A stretch of 32,000 bases of DNA from Geotalea uraniireducens Rf4 (GTDB lineage: Bacteria; Desulfobacterota; Desulfuromonadia; Geobacterales; Geobacteraceae). Location of the stretch: assembly GCF_000016745.1 (NCBI RefSeq), contig NC_009483.1:1650001-1682000 (forward strand). Direction: 5' to 3'. This document shows positions 1 to 9,070 of this stretch, piece after piece. Under the pieces are notes generated by a model. That model was not told the DNA's origin, did not search any database, and was given only the letters and a program-made list of their open reading frames with translations. A program made the translations under genes and the position numbers. Every line of letters begins with the position of its first letter. Within the stretch, counting starts at the first letter, position 1.

Positions 1-77
1 TTCTCAGTGACGGAAGTCTCTTTTAATTTACCAATGCAAAGTGGGCACTGTTCACCATCTTTATATTCGCGTGCCAT
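1..77 (-). CDS. MqsA-type (zinc-ribbon) antitoxin, N-terminal fragment, continues beyond the window edge
   Basis: Hand translation from the ATG at 77 gives MAREYKDGEQCPLCIGKLKETSVTE. A CxxC lies near the N-terminus, as in the MqsA/YgiT zinc ribbon. The ORF starts 25 nt downstream of the MqsR-like toxin, with a GGAGG about 10 nt upstream. Confidence 0.55.
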   Translation of the reverse strand, partial: MAREYKDGEQCPLCIGKLKETSVTE

Positions 78-102
78 GGCCTTCTGCCTCCCCTCGTTCT
101 TG

Positions 103-432
103 CTATTTTCGTTTAAATGAAATTATAACTCCTGATTCTTCACGGATCTGGAGTTTTATATAAATCTTCGTCCCATCTGGTTCGATGGAGTTGTAGACAT
201 CCTGCCAATAGCCGGGCATGTCTTCCGACGGCATCTTTTTCTTGAATTCATCCAGGGTCACTTGCGACACCCGATCAACCATCTCGTCATCATCAGCGTA
301 CCCGAGTGCCGCTGCTTCCTGGCGGTCTCTTCGGGTGATAATCCGGGTATCTGAATTCCTGAGAAGCCTCTTTATCTTTTCAAGCGAATAATAAGGGGTA
401 TCTGTCATTAGTATGCTTTCCCTGCTAACCAT
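103..432 (-). CDS. MqsR-family toxin (mRNA interferase-like)
   Basis: 109-aa ORF with WQDVY, IYIKLQI and ISFKRK at the C-terminus. This resembles E. coli MqsR (WQDVY...YLKI...VSFKEK) and the second MqsR in this window. The toxin precedes the antitoxin, as in mqsRA. The start may instead be the internal Met at 408. Confidence 0.75.
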   Translation of the reverse strand: MVSRESILMTDTPYYSLEKIKRLLRNSDTRIITRRDRQEAAALGYADDDEMVDRVSQVTLDEFKKKMPSEDMPGYWQDVYNSIEPDGTKIYIKLQIREESGVIISFKRK

Positions 433-446
433 GTCAAGTCAAAAAA

Positions 447-461
447 GTATCATTATGATAC
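447..461. promoter_or_regulatory. Perfect 15-bp palindrome GTATCATTATGATAC just upstream of the mqsR-like gene, candidate operator
   Basis: Seen directly in the sequence, 15 nt upstream of the ORF start at 432. TA operons are usually autoregulated at promoter palindromes. Confidence 0.4.
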
Positions 462-756
462 CCGTAGAATAGCCGGATGCCACATCTTGTGGATGTTTTT
501 CCTTAGCCACCACATGCAGGGCTATCCTTTGAAATTATTTTCACAGCAGCGCATTTGCGTGCTTCTTTTGGGAACATCCGCACTTCGGAATACATAACAA
601 AAATCCAATTAAGGCCAACAAACTACCGCTAACGGCAGGAGAAGTCAAGGGCGCACAATGTTATCACCTGAATTCTGTAAACCTCGCCAGACACAGAGAA
701 AACCTTAAGCCTAAGCCGGACAAGCCGGAACCAAACAAGAAAGCAGAACCTCAATT

Positions 757-874
757 GGACGCAGAAAAGGCGGAAAAATCGGATAAAGGCAGATTAACCT
801 TAAAGCCACAACGAGCATGAAGCCATAAGTTTTTAAAATCCGCTTTGATCCGCCTTTTCAGATTTTCTGCGTCC
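757..874. repeat. Long imperfect palindromic intergenic element (arms GGACGCAGAAAAGGCGG ... CCGCCTTTTCAGATTTTCTGCGTCC)
   Basis: Inverted repeat read by eye. It shares the 10-11-mers AATCGGATAAA, GGCAGATT and TTTGATCCGC with the element at 29170-29329. Confidence 0.6.
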
Positions 875-905
875 CGTTTGTTTGTTTTGAGGTCTAAAAC
901 AGAGG

Positions 906-1631
906 TCAGCGCTGCAAGGCCTCTTTTGCCTGGCGCAGGCTGATTTTTCGCTTGGTGGCAATGGCGTGGCGGCGGATCTGCTCCAGGGCGTTCAGCAGGG
1001 ATGGGATATCGCGGCGGATATGGACGAGCAGGTGGGCGATTACGTCTTCGGGGAGCGCAACCTGCCGGTCTTCGGCCAGTTTTTGCAGGATCATGCGCAG
1101 GGAGTCGTCTCCGGAAATATCCAGTTTCGTCACAAGTCCCCATAAAAGGCGCGAGGTAAGGTGCCCGTCAAGATGGGGGAGTTCTTTGGGGGGATTGAGG
1201 CCGGTGATCGCAATCTTTTTCCCGGCGGTATAAAAATCGTTGAAGAGCTGCCAGAGTTCAACCCGGATGTTGTCGTTGTCCGGGATCAGGTGGATGTCGT
1301 CCACCAGAAGCGCCGGGGCATTGTTGAACCGTTCGGCGAGCTTTGACGGCTCTTCTGCCGGATAGTTTCCCCGGTACAATTCATCGATGTTTTTGAAGGA
1401 GATGGAGGGAATGGCATCCAGCCCGGCCTCGCGGCAAATGCTGTTTGCCATTGCCGTCAACAGGTGGGTTTTGCCAGAGCCGGTGGAGCCGTACAGGTAG
1501 AGCAGGTTTTCAGTGCCGTCCCCCTCTGCCAGTTGCCGGGCAAAGTGATAGGCGGTTTTGTTGCCTGCGCAGACCACAAAATTGTCGAAGCCGAATTTGG
1601 GATTTACCGGAAAATCGAAAATGAGTTGCAT
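906..1631 (-). CDS. hda: DnaA-family regulatory inactivator (Hda-like AAA+ protein)
   Basis: 241 aa. Starts MQLIFDF...FDNFVVCAGN, has Walker A GSTGSGKTHLL, then LLVDDIHLI. Length and layout are typical of Hda/DnaA-related proteins. Confidence 0.85.
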   Translation of the reverse strand: MQLIFDFPVNPKFGFDNFVVCAGNKTAYHFARQLAEGDGTENLLYLYGSTGSGKTHLLTAMANSICREAGLDAIPSISFKNIDELYRGNYPAEEPSKLAERFNNAPALLVDDIHLIPDNDNIRVELWQLFNDFYTAGKKIAITGLNPPKELPHLDGHLTSRLLWGLVTKLDISGDDSLRMILQKLAEDRQVALPEDVIAHLLVHIRRDIPSLLNALEQIRRHAIATKRKISLRQAKEALQR

Positions 1632-1633
1632 GG

Positions 1634-2650
1634 CTAAAAGAGTTTCCCTTGCGGCGGTTCCGGCACGATCCGTCCGAAATGCAGGTAGGCGGCCTTGGTG
1701 GCGACCCGGCCGCGCGGGGTGCGGTTCAGGAAGCCATTCTGGATCAGGAACGGTTCATAGACGTCCTCGATGGTGTCGCTCTCCTCGCTGATGGCTGCGG
1801 CGATGGTGTCGAGCCCTACCGGTCCGCCGCCGAACTTGTCGATGATGGTCAGAAGGATCATCCGGTCCATCTGGTCGAATCCCATTTCGTCGATTTCCAG
1901 GAGCGCCAGGGCGTCCTGCACTACCTTCATGGTAATGACGCCATCCGCCTTCACCTGGGCGAAGTCGCGGACCCTGCGCAGGAGCCGGTTGGCGATCCGG
2001 GGAGTGCCGCGGCTGCGGCGGGCCATTTCTGCCGCTCCGTCCGTCTTGATTTCCATGCCGAGGATGCGTGCCGATCGGGTGATGATGAAAGCCAGTTCCT
2101 CGTCGGTGTAGAATTCCAGGCGGGAGATGACGCCAAAACGGTCCCTGAGCGGCGATGACAGAAGCCCTGCCCGAGTGGTCGCCCCAACCAGGGTGAACTT
2201 GGGGAGATCGAGCTTGATGGTGCGGGCGCTCGGTCCCTGGCCGATGATGATGTCGAGCTGGAAATCCTCCATGGCCGGGTAGAGAATCTCTTCGACCACG
2301 TGGGAAAGACGGTGGATCTCATCGATGAAAAGCACGTCGTGGGCTTCCAGATTGGTGAGGATGGCGGCCAGGTCGCCAGGACGTTCGATGACCGGTCCCG
2401 AGGTGGACTTGATGTTTACTCCCATCTCGCAGGCGATGATATTGGCGAGGGTGGTCTTGCCCAGTCCCGGCGGGCCATAGAGGAGCACGTGGTCGAGGGC
2501 TTCGTCCCGTCCCCTGGCAGCGTCGATGAAGATTCGCAGGTTCCCCTTGGCCTTTTCCTGCCCCACATAGTCGTCGAGGGCTCTCGGCCGGAGCGTCGCC
2601 TCGATCAGGGCATCGTCGTCGGTTATACTTGGGGTTATGGTCCGGGTCAT
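1634..2650 (-). CDS. ruvB: Holliday junction branch migration helicase RuvB
   Basis: 338 aa with [34 protein letters not shown] and [14 protein letters not shown]. This is the unmistakable RuvB signature. It lies downstream of ruvA. Confidence 0.97.
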   Translation of the reverse strand: MTRTITPSITDDDALIEATLRPRALDDYVGQEKAKGNLRIFIDAARGRDEALDHVLLYGPPGLGKTTLANIIACEMGVNIKSTSGPVIERPGDLAAILTNLEAHDVLFIDEIHRLSHVVEEILYPAMEDFQLDIIIGQGPSARTIKLDLPKFTLVGATTRAGLLSSPLRDRFGVISRLEFYTDEELAFIITRSARILGMEIKTDGAAEMARRSRGTPRIANRLLRRVRDFAQVKADGVITMKVVQDALALLEIDEMGFDQMDRMILLTIIDKFGGGPVGLDTIAAAISEESDTIEDVYEPFLIQNGFLNRTPRGRVATKAAYLHFGRIVPEPPQGKLF

Positions 2651-2714
2651 TTGGGTGTCCTGTAGCGCGCGGTTCGATGGAACGTGAATGGTGGGGCTCG
2701 CTCCGCACCAATGT

Positions 2715-3314
2715 TTACTTCATCAGCTTTTTCAGTGCCTGTTTGAGGATCGATTCCACCGAGGCGTCAGCCGGGATGTCGATTGCTTCCAGTGCCTTCT
2801 GCACCACGGCTTCCTTGTATCCGAGGTTGACCAGTGCGGAGATCACGTCATCCCTGATGTCCTGTCTGCCGGGGGAGGGGGGCGCATCCTCCCGGATGGA
2901 GAACGGTCCCATTTTCTTAACCTTCTCCCGTAATTCCAGTACCAGGCGCTCCGCAGTTTTTTTGCCGATCCCGGGGATGGCGGAGAGCCTTGCCAGATCA
3001 CCCCGGATCAAGGCGTCCGAGAGGTTTTCGGCCTCGATGTTGGAAAGGATGCCGTTCCCCAGCTTCGGTCCCACACCCGAGACGGAGATGAGGAGCTGAA
3101 ACATCTCCTTCTCTGCCATGGTTCGAAAACCATAGAGATTGATGGCATCTTCCTTGACGTGGGTGTAAATGTTGAGGGTGACTACGCCGCCTGCGTCCGG
3201 CAGTGCGTAATAGGTGGAAAATGGGATCTGCACCCGGTAACCTACGCCGCCTATGTCGAGAATGATGAAGTCGGGGGATTTGTGTGCCAGTTTTCCTGCC
3301 AGGAGCGCGATCAT
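2715..3314 (-). CDS. ruvA: Holliday junction DNA-binding protein RuvA
   Basis: Translation from the internal Met gives [28 protein letters not shown], the canonical RuvA N-terminus. The HhH motifs [11 protein letters not shown] are present. The 16 codons upstream in the track ORF overlap the ruvC end and are probably not translated. Confidence 0.93.
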   Translation of the reverse strand: MIALLAGKLAHKSPDFIILDIGGVGYRVQIPFSTYYALPDAGGVVTLNIYTHVKEDAINLYGFRTMAEKEMFQLLISVSGVGPKLGNGILSNIEAENLSDALIRGDLARLSAIPGIGKKTAERLVLELREKVKKMGPFSIREDAPPSPGRQDIRDDVISALVNLGYKEAVVQKALEAIDIPADASVESILKQALKKLMK

Positions 3315-3368
3315 GGGAAATCCGTGAATAGTGAACTGTAAAAGGCGAATGGTATTGAGCAAAAAACA

Positions 3369-3884
3369 CTAAGCATTTGTTTTCCCCACTTTGTCCATTA
3401 TCTTCAACATCCCGGACAGAACGGAAGAGTTTGCGTGGCAGACAGCCACAGCCAAGGCGTCCGAAGCGTCTTCCTGGGCGATCTCGGGCAGGTTGAGCAG
3501 CACTTTTATCATCTGCTGTACCTGCTGCTTGGCTGCCTTGCCGTTTCCCACCACGGCCTGCTTGACCTGAAGGGCGGTGTATTCAAAGACCGGCAGCCCC
3601 GCGATGACACCTGCGACAATGGCGGCGCCCCGTGCCTGACCGAGTTTGAGCGCACTTTGCACGTTATTGGAGAAAAAGATGTTTTCCACTGCCACGGCAT
3701 CCGGCCGGTACGTTTCGATGATCTCGGCGAGCCCCCGGTAGATGCGTTCCAGCCGCGCGGGGAAGTCTTTCGCCTTGTCGGTGAAAATCGCACCGTTGTC
3801 CACGTGGATGAGGCGGTTGCCTTCTTTCGAGATTACGCCGTAACCGGTGATGCGGGAACCCGGGTCGATGCCTAATATTTTCAT
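3369..3884 (-). CDS. ruvC: Crossover junction endodeoxyribonuclease RuvC
   Basis: 171 aa starting [18 protein letters not shown], with AVENIFF and KQVQQMI...[12 protein letters not shown], the RuvC catalytic motifs. Confidence 0.95.
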   Translation of the reverse strand: MKILGIDPGSRITGYGVISKEGNRLIHVDNGAIFTDKAKDFPARLERIYRGLAEIIETYRPDAVAVENIFFSNNVQSALKLGQARGAAIVAGVIAGLPVFEYTALQVKQAVVGNGKAAKQQVQQMIKVLLNLPEIAQEDASDALAVAVCHANSSVLSGMLKIMDKVGKTNA

Positions 3885-3909
3885 GTTTCCTTTGGATGCT
3901 GCCGAAACG

Positions 3910-3940
3910 TTTAGGGGCGGGTTTCAAACCCGCCCCTAAA
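3910..3940 (-). terminator. 31-nt perfect palindrome (TTTAGGGGCGGGTTT C AAACCCGCCCCTAAA) between yebC and ruvC
   Basis: Seen directly. It lies 3 nt after the yebC stop. The GC-rich stem has A/T flanks, so it may be a terminator or attenuator. ruvC follows, so read-through is possible. Confidence 0.5.
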
Positions 3941-3942
3941 AT

Positions 3943-4686
3943 TTACATCATTTTATCCATCTCTTCTTCAGAGATGTCGAAGTTGGCGTAGACGTTCTGG
4001 ACATCGTCATTGTCCTCCATCCGATCCATGAGTTTGAGCATGTTTTCAGCCTGCTTCCCTTCTAGCTTGACCATGGTCTGGGGAATCATGGTCACCTCGG
4101 CCGATTCCGGCTTGAACCCCGCTTTTTCCAGGGTGTCCCGTACTTCCATGAAGCTGACCGGGTCGGTCGTTACCTCTATCTGCTCTTCTTCATCTGAGAC
4201 ATCTTCGGCGCCCGCTTCGATGGCTGCTTCGAACAGTTTGTCGAAATCAACGGATTTGGGGAAAACCATCAGCCCCTTCTTGTCGAACATCCAGGAGACG
4301 CATCCTGATTCCCCCATGTTGCCGTTGCACTTGGTGAAAATGCTGCGGACATCGGAAACGGTGCGGTTGCGGTTGTCGGTCATTACCTCGACCAGTACGG
4401 CCGCGCCGCCCGGACCGTAGCCTTCGTAGGTGGTTTCCTCGTAGACGACGCCATCCATGCCGCCGGTTCCCTTTTTGATGGCGCGCTCGATGTTGTCCTT
4501 CGGCATGTTTTCGCCCTTGGCCTTGTCAATGGCGGTGCGCAGGCGGGGGTTGCCTTCCGGGTCACCTCCACCGAGCTTGGCGGCGACGGTGATTTCCTTG
4601 ATGAGCTTGGTGAAGATCTTGCCGCGCTTGGCGTCAGCGGCGCCCTTTTTGTGTTTGATGGTGCTCCACTTATTATGTCCTGACAT
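3943..4686 (-). CDS. yebC: YebC/PmpR family DNA-binding transcriptional regulator
   Basis: [28 protein letters not shown] is the conserved YebC N-terminus. The position upstream of ruvC is typical. I chose the ATG at 4686, not the TTG at 4695. Confidence 0.93.
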   Translation of the reverse strand: MSGHNKWSTIKHKKGAADAKRGKIFTKLIKEITVAAKLGGGDPEGNPRLRTAIDKAKGENMPKDNIERAIKKGTGGMDGVVYEETTYEGYGPGGAAVLVEVMTDNRNRTVSDVRSIFTKCNGNMGESGCVSWMFDKKGLMVFPKSVDFDKLFEAAIEAGAEDVSDEEEQIEVTTDPVSFMEVRDTLEKAGFKPESAEVTMIPQTMVKLEGKQAENMLKLMDRMEDNDDVQNVYANFDISEEEMDKMM

Positions 4687-4914
4687 ATGAAACAAATCCT
4701 TTCACGTGTAGTAATCGGGGTAAAAAAACCCGCAAATAGTAACATGGAAAAAATGGGGTTGTAAAGAGGGAAAATGCGGCTAATATTGAACGAACTATGG
4801 TTGTCATGCACCGTCAAACCCAAACAAGGAGACTCTTCTTACATGTCTGTACCGGAAAACAATATGAAAATCGAAAACAGAGTGAAACGCAAGCATTGCC
4901 CTGGTGCAAGGGAT

Positions 4915-5280
4915 ATGTTTGGTCTCTTGCGGGCAGGGTGTCTGGCCGCATGTTGCGCAATTGTTTTTGTGGCTCTTCTGACTGGATGTGCCACAACGAA
5001 TTCGGGTGGCAGGGAACTCCCGCCGCTGCTTGCCCAGGATGAACTTCTGCGTCCTTATGTGAAGATGGCGGTGGTGGAAGTCAACCGGGAGCAATTCGGC
5101 GATGTGTACGAACTGAAAACGGAGGATTATGACTGGGCATACCAGGCGCTGCGCGAAGAGGCTGCAAAGATCGGCGCCGATGCCGTTATCCTTCCTGAAA
5201 TAAAGGTGGAAGCCACATCCTATATATTTTTCCCTTCCAGCAATGTAAATGGGCGGGGAACAGCAATCAAATTTCGTTGA
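4915..5280 (+). CDS. Uncharacterised lipoprotein
   Basis: MFGLLRAGCLAACCAIVFVALLTGCATTNSGG is a signal peptide with the lipobox LLTGC. An alternative start is the ATG at 4864. I recognise no family. Confidence 0.6.
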   Translation: MFGLLRAGCLAACCAIVFVALLTGCATTNSGGRELPPLLAQDELLRPYVKMAVVEVNREQFGDVYELKTEDYDWAYQALREEAAKIGADAVILPEIKVEATSYIFFPSSNVNGRGTAIKFR

Positions 5281-5284
5281 TCCG

Positions 5285-5458
5285 ATCTAAGGAGCCTGTC
5301 GGACTTAGGAATGAATCTACTGCGAGAACGGAAAATCGGTCCATATTCCCGGGAATTTTCGACAAATAGGTCCACTATTCGCTCTCAAATTTCCGGCAAT
5401 CTGTCCTCGATTTGCCATTCTCTCGTTACGATCCCCTAAGTCCGACGGGCTCCTAGAT
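5285..5458. repeat. About 174-bp long imperfect palindrome (MITE/REP-like hairpin element)
   Basis: Termini are ATCTAAGGAGCCTGTCGGACTTAGG and CCTAAGTCCGACGGGCTCCTAGAT. The interior halves also pair by eye (GAGAACGGAAAATCG / CGATTTGCCATTCTC, CCCGGGAATTT / AAATTTCCGG). Confidence 0.65.
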
Positions 5459-5812
5459 TTTCTTCCCTTAAATTTTCAGCATACCTCAATCCATTGTAAG
5501 TAAAACCATCTTTGTCCATTCAGGTGATTATGTAAAGCCTTCAAAAATAATGCTTTACGCAAATTGAGGGTAGACGTTTATACCTTTTGGCAATTAAATA
5601 AACCTATGTTTTACAATATATGTGATATATTACGGTATGTAATTGTATATCGGTTCAAAATTGCAAAACCTTGAAAATAGGGGTTTTACAACTTTTTAAA
5701 GAAATTAAAATAAAATACTCTTGACTGTAATAAAACGACGTGTTAAAAATTTAGAAAAATAATTACAATAATATTTAAAACGTACATTGAATAATGTGTA
5801 AACGGGAGCATT

Positions 5813-6577
5813 ATGGACCGTGAAAAAAGTTCATACGCTGTTCAAGCCGTTGAAAATGCACTCGACATCCTTGAGACGCTCGCCGAGGAAACTCCGGATG
5901 GGACGCTGCCGTATCTGGCAAAAAAACTGGGGATTAGCAGGAATAAAGCATTTCGATTATTAGCAACTTTAGAAAATAGGGGCCTGGTCGAAAAAGAAGA
6001 GTGGAGCGGGAACTACCGGCTTGGGCTTTCTACCGTAGAGCTGGCGCAACGATTCCTGAAAAACATAAGCCTGATCAAGCATGCCCATCCGGTCATGGAG
6101 GGGCTTGTCAGGAGGCATGACGAGGCTGTTTACATGACCGTGCTGCGTGGGAGCGAGGTGCTTTTCCTCGACATGGTCGATTGCGATCAGCAGATAAAGG
6201 CTGCGCCCCTGGTCGGGAAAAGGTTCCCTTTTTTCACCAATGCAGCGGGTAAGGCAATAAAAGCCCTGGAATCGAGGGATTTGCTGGAAAAGTTCTTCCA
6301 TCGCCGCAATAAGGACATTCCGGACCTGGCCGGGCTTGAGGTCGAACTGGACACCATTCGCGAAAAAGGGGTTGCCGTTGACAGCGGAGGTCTTGGCGAG
6401 GGGATTGTCAGTGTTGCCGTTGCTGTAAGGGATTATGCTGGAAAGGTTGTTGGCGCCCTTACCATGCTGGGCCCATCGTTTCGCATGGTCGCCAGCCGTC
6501 TTGAAAACGAAATTATCCCGTCGCTGTGCGATGGGGCTGAAATGCTTTCCATGAAATTCGGCTATGCCAGGATGTGA
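5813..6577 (+). CDS. IclR-family transcriptional regulator
   Basis: 254 aa. The N-terminal winged HTH is AVENALDILETLAEE...LAKKLGISRNKAFRLLATLE. A C-terminal IclR effector domain follows. Confidence 0.9.
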   Translation: MDREKSSYAVQAVENALDILETLAEETPDGTLPYLAKKLGISRNKAFRLLATLENRGLVEKEEWSGNYRLGLSTVELAQRFLKNISLIKHAHPVMEGLVRRHDEAVYMTVLRGSEVLFLDMVDCDQQIKAAPLVGKRFPFFTNAAGKAIKALESRDLLEKFFHRRNKDIPDLAGLEVELDTIREKGVAVDSGGLGEGIVSVAVAVRDYAGKVVGALTMLGPSFRMVASRLENEIIPSLCDGAEMLSMKFGYARM

Positions 6578-6697
6578 GTAGGAAACGTATCATGGATAAA
6601 AAAAATTACGAAAGGGGGGTGGCTTAGAAAATTCTTGTACATGAGGCGTGAAACGCTTCCTTCTAATGGTTATCTTACTATGAAAGGAGTAACTACC

Positions 6698-7006
6698 ATG
6701 GCAGAAAGACAGTATGACTGGGCGGCGATAGCCAAAAACCCAAAATTTGTAGAACTCCACCACAAAAAAACCGTATTTCTTTTCGGTTGGTGGATTTTTT
6801 CATCCGTATTTTATTTTCTCCTCCCAATCGGCGCGGCATATACGCCGGGACTCTTCAAGATCAAGATCATCAGCAACATTAACTTCGGTTATCTGTTCGC
6901 TCTCTCCCAGTTCTTTGTTTCCTGGGGGATTGCACTGTATTATTCACATGTGGCGAACAAGGATTTTGACCGGCTTACCCGCGAACTGGTAGACGAACTC
7001 AAGTAA
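6698..7006 (+). CDS. yjcH: DUF485 (YjcH-like) small inner-membrane protein
   Basis: MAERQYDWAAIAKNPKFVELHHKK followed by 2 TM segments. It sits immediately upstream of actP, as in the E. coli acs-yjcH-actP operon. AAAGGAG lies 8 nt upstream of the ATG at 6698. Confidence 0.85.
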   Translation: MAERQYDWAAIAKNPKFVELHHKKTVFLFGWWIFSSVFYFLLPIGAAYTPGLFKIKIISNINFGYLFALSQFFVSWGIALYYSHVANKDFDRLTRELVDELK

Positions 7007-7022
7007 AGGAGGACTAAAAAAC

Positions 7023-9002
7023 ATGAAAAAATTATTTGTTGCGTTGACTTTAGCCCTCTCATTGGGCACCATCGCCTACGCCGCAGAGCCGGCAAAGGCT
7101 CCTGCCGGTGCTCCGGCCGCTCCGGCCGCCACTGCGCCAACTACTACACAGGCTGCTCCTGCAGCCGCCACGGCAGCCTCTCCCACTGCCGCCCCGGTAG
7201 CAGCCAAGGCCGCAGCCCCAGCGCAGACGAAGATCAAGGCCAATAAAGCCATCACCATCGGCATGTTCGCTATCATTATTGCCGCTACCATGTGCGTCGT
7301 CGTCTGGGCTGCAAAGCAGACCAAGACGGCGGCCGATTTCTATGCAGCCGGCGGCGGGATCACCGGCACCCAAAACGGTTGGGCCATCGCCGGTGACTAC
7401 ATGTCGGCGGCCTCGTTCCTGGGTATTTCGGGCCTCATCTCCCTCTACGGCTATGACGGATTCATGTATTCGGTCGGCTGGCTGGTGGCCTACATCACCG
7501 TGCTGCTGATCGTTGCCGAGCCGTGCCGGAATGCGGGTAAATACACCCTTGGCGACATTCTTTCCTTCAGGACCGACCCGAAACCGGTGCGCGCCATAGC
7601 GGCAATTTCGACAGTTGCGGTTTCCACATTCTACCTCACCGCCCAGATGGTCGGTGCAGGCAAGCTCATGCAGCTGCTCCTTGAAATCCCCTATAAAACC
7701 GCCATCATCGGCGTCGGCTGTCTCATGGTCGTCTACGTAGTGTTCGGCGGCATGACCGCCACCACCTGGGTACAGATCATCAAGGCCGGTCTGCTCATGA
7801 GCGGCGCATTCCTCCTCTCCATTCTGGTCATGCTCAAGTCCGGGATGAACCCGTTTCAGTTTTTCCAGGATATCGTCAGCAGCACCAACATCCAGGACCA
7901 TGTACAGATCAACGTCCTGAAAGACGTGGTGAAAAAAGACGGGTTCGATTACGGCCAGCGGTTCCTCGAACCAGGCCTGTTTCTGAAGAATCCGCTCGAT
8001 CAGATATCACTCGGTATGGCGCTGGTGCTCGGTACTGCCGGCATGCCGCACATCCTCATGCGCTTCTTTACCGTCCCCACTGCCCAGGCAGCACGTAAGT
8101 CGGTCGTTATCGCCATGTTCATTATCGGCTCCTTCTATATTCTGACCACGCTGCTCGGCTTCGGCGCTGCAATCCATGTTACGCCGCAGAACATCATGGG
8201 CGTTGACAAGGGTGGCAACATGGCCGCCATGATGCTGGCGCAGAAACTGGGCGGCGATATCGCTCCGATAGTCGGCGACATTTTCCTCGCTTTCCTCTGC
8301 GCAGTTGCCTTCGCGACGATCCTTGCCGTTGTTTCCGGTCTGGTGCTTGCCGCGTCCGCGGCGATCGCCCATGACATCTATGTAAACGTCATCAAGGACG
8401 GCCATGCTGACCAGCACGAGCAGGTAATGGCTGCACGTATTACCTCGTTATGTGTCGGCGCAGTGGCCATCGTCATCGGTATCGCTGCAGAGAAGCAGAA
8501 CGTTGCCCACCTGGTGGCGCTGGCGTTCGCGGTTGCTTCCTCCGGCAACCTGCCGGTTGTTGTTCTTACCCTCTTCTGGAGGAAGTTCAATACCGCCGGT
8601 GTTATTTCCGGTCTGCTGGTCGGAACAATCGCTTCCATCGGCCTTGTTATGGTATCGCCCAACATGACCTACCCGAACAAGGTTGCCGATGACGCCAAGA
8701 AGGTTTATATGGCGCTGGAGAAGAAGGCCGCTGACGGCAAGGTTCTCAGTGAAAAAGACCTGAAGACCATTACCGACAAAAAGGTAGAAGAAGTCAAGAA
8801 CCGCGGCGGCAAATCGATCATGGGGCTGGATAAACCGCTCTTCGATCTGAAAAACCCCGGCATCATCTCCATACCGCTCGGCTTTATCGCTGCCATACTC
8901 GGTTGCCTGGCATTCCCGAGCAGGCGTTCCGAGGAGATGTTCGACGAACTCTATGTTCGGCAGAATACCGGTATCGGTATGGCCAAGGCCGTTGAACACT
9001 AA
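7023..9002 (+). CDS. actP: Cation/acetate symporter ActP (solute:sodium symporter family)
   Basis: Long blocks match E. coli ActP from memory: FYAAGGGITG.QNG.AIAGDYMSAASFLGISG, AQMVGAGKL, TWVQIIKA, GTAGMPHILMRFFTV and AVAFATILAVV. It has an extra Ala/Pro-rich N-terminal spacer. Confidence 0.93.
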   Translation: MKKLFVALTLALSLGTIAYAAEPAKAPAGAPAAPAATAPTTTQAAPAAATAASPTAAPVAAKAAAPAQTKIKANKAITIGMFAIIIAATMCVVVWAAKQTKTAADFYAAGGGITGTQNGWAIAGDYMSAASFLGISGLISLYGYDGFMYSVGWLVAYITVLLIVAEPCRNAGKYTLGDILSFRTDPKPVRAIAAISTVAVSTFYLTAQMVGAGKLMQLLLEIPYKTAIIGVGCLMVVYVVFGGMTATTWVQIIKAGLLMSGAFLLSILVMLKSGMNPFQFFQDIVSSTNIQDHVQINVLKDVVKKDGFDYGQRFLEPGLFLKNPLDQISLGMALVLGTAGMPHILMRFFTVPTAQAARKSVVIAMFIIGSFYILTTLLGFGAAIHVTPQNIMGVDKGGNMAAMMLAQKLGGDIAPIVGDIFLAFLCAVAFATILAVVSGLVLAASAAIAHDIYVNVIKDGHADQHEQVMAARITSLCVGAVAIVIGIAAEKQNVAHLVALAFAVASSGNLPVVVLTLFWRKFNTAGVISGLLVGTIASIGLVMVSPNMTYPNKVADDAKKVYMALEKKAADGKVLSEKDLKTITDKKVEEVKNRGGKSIMGLDKPLFDLKNPGIISIPLGFIAAILGCLAFPSRRSEEMFDELYVRQNTGIGMAKAVEH

Positions 9003-9028
9003 CAAGTGGTTGTATATGTGATAGAATT

Positions 9029-9057
9029 GGGGAAGGCTTGCCTTCCCCATTTTTTTA
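9029..9057 (+). terminator. Rho-independent terminator after actP
   Basis: GGGGAAGG cttg CCTTCCCC followed by ATTTTTTTA. It overlaps the track ORF start at 9038, which argues for the later start (9071) of the next gene. Confidence 0.8.
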
Positions 9058-9070
9058 TGGAAATAGAACG

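Noticed and set aside
751-1143. 130-aa minus-strand ORF (Pro/Arg-rich)
   Set aside because: It overlaps the hda 3' end in another frame and runs through the palindromic repeat at 757-874. Its low-complexity composition makes it very likely spurious.
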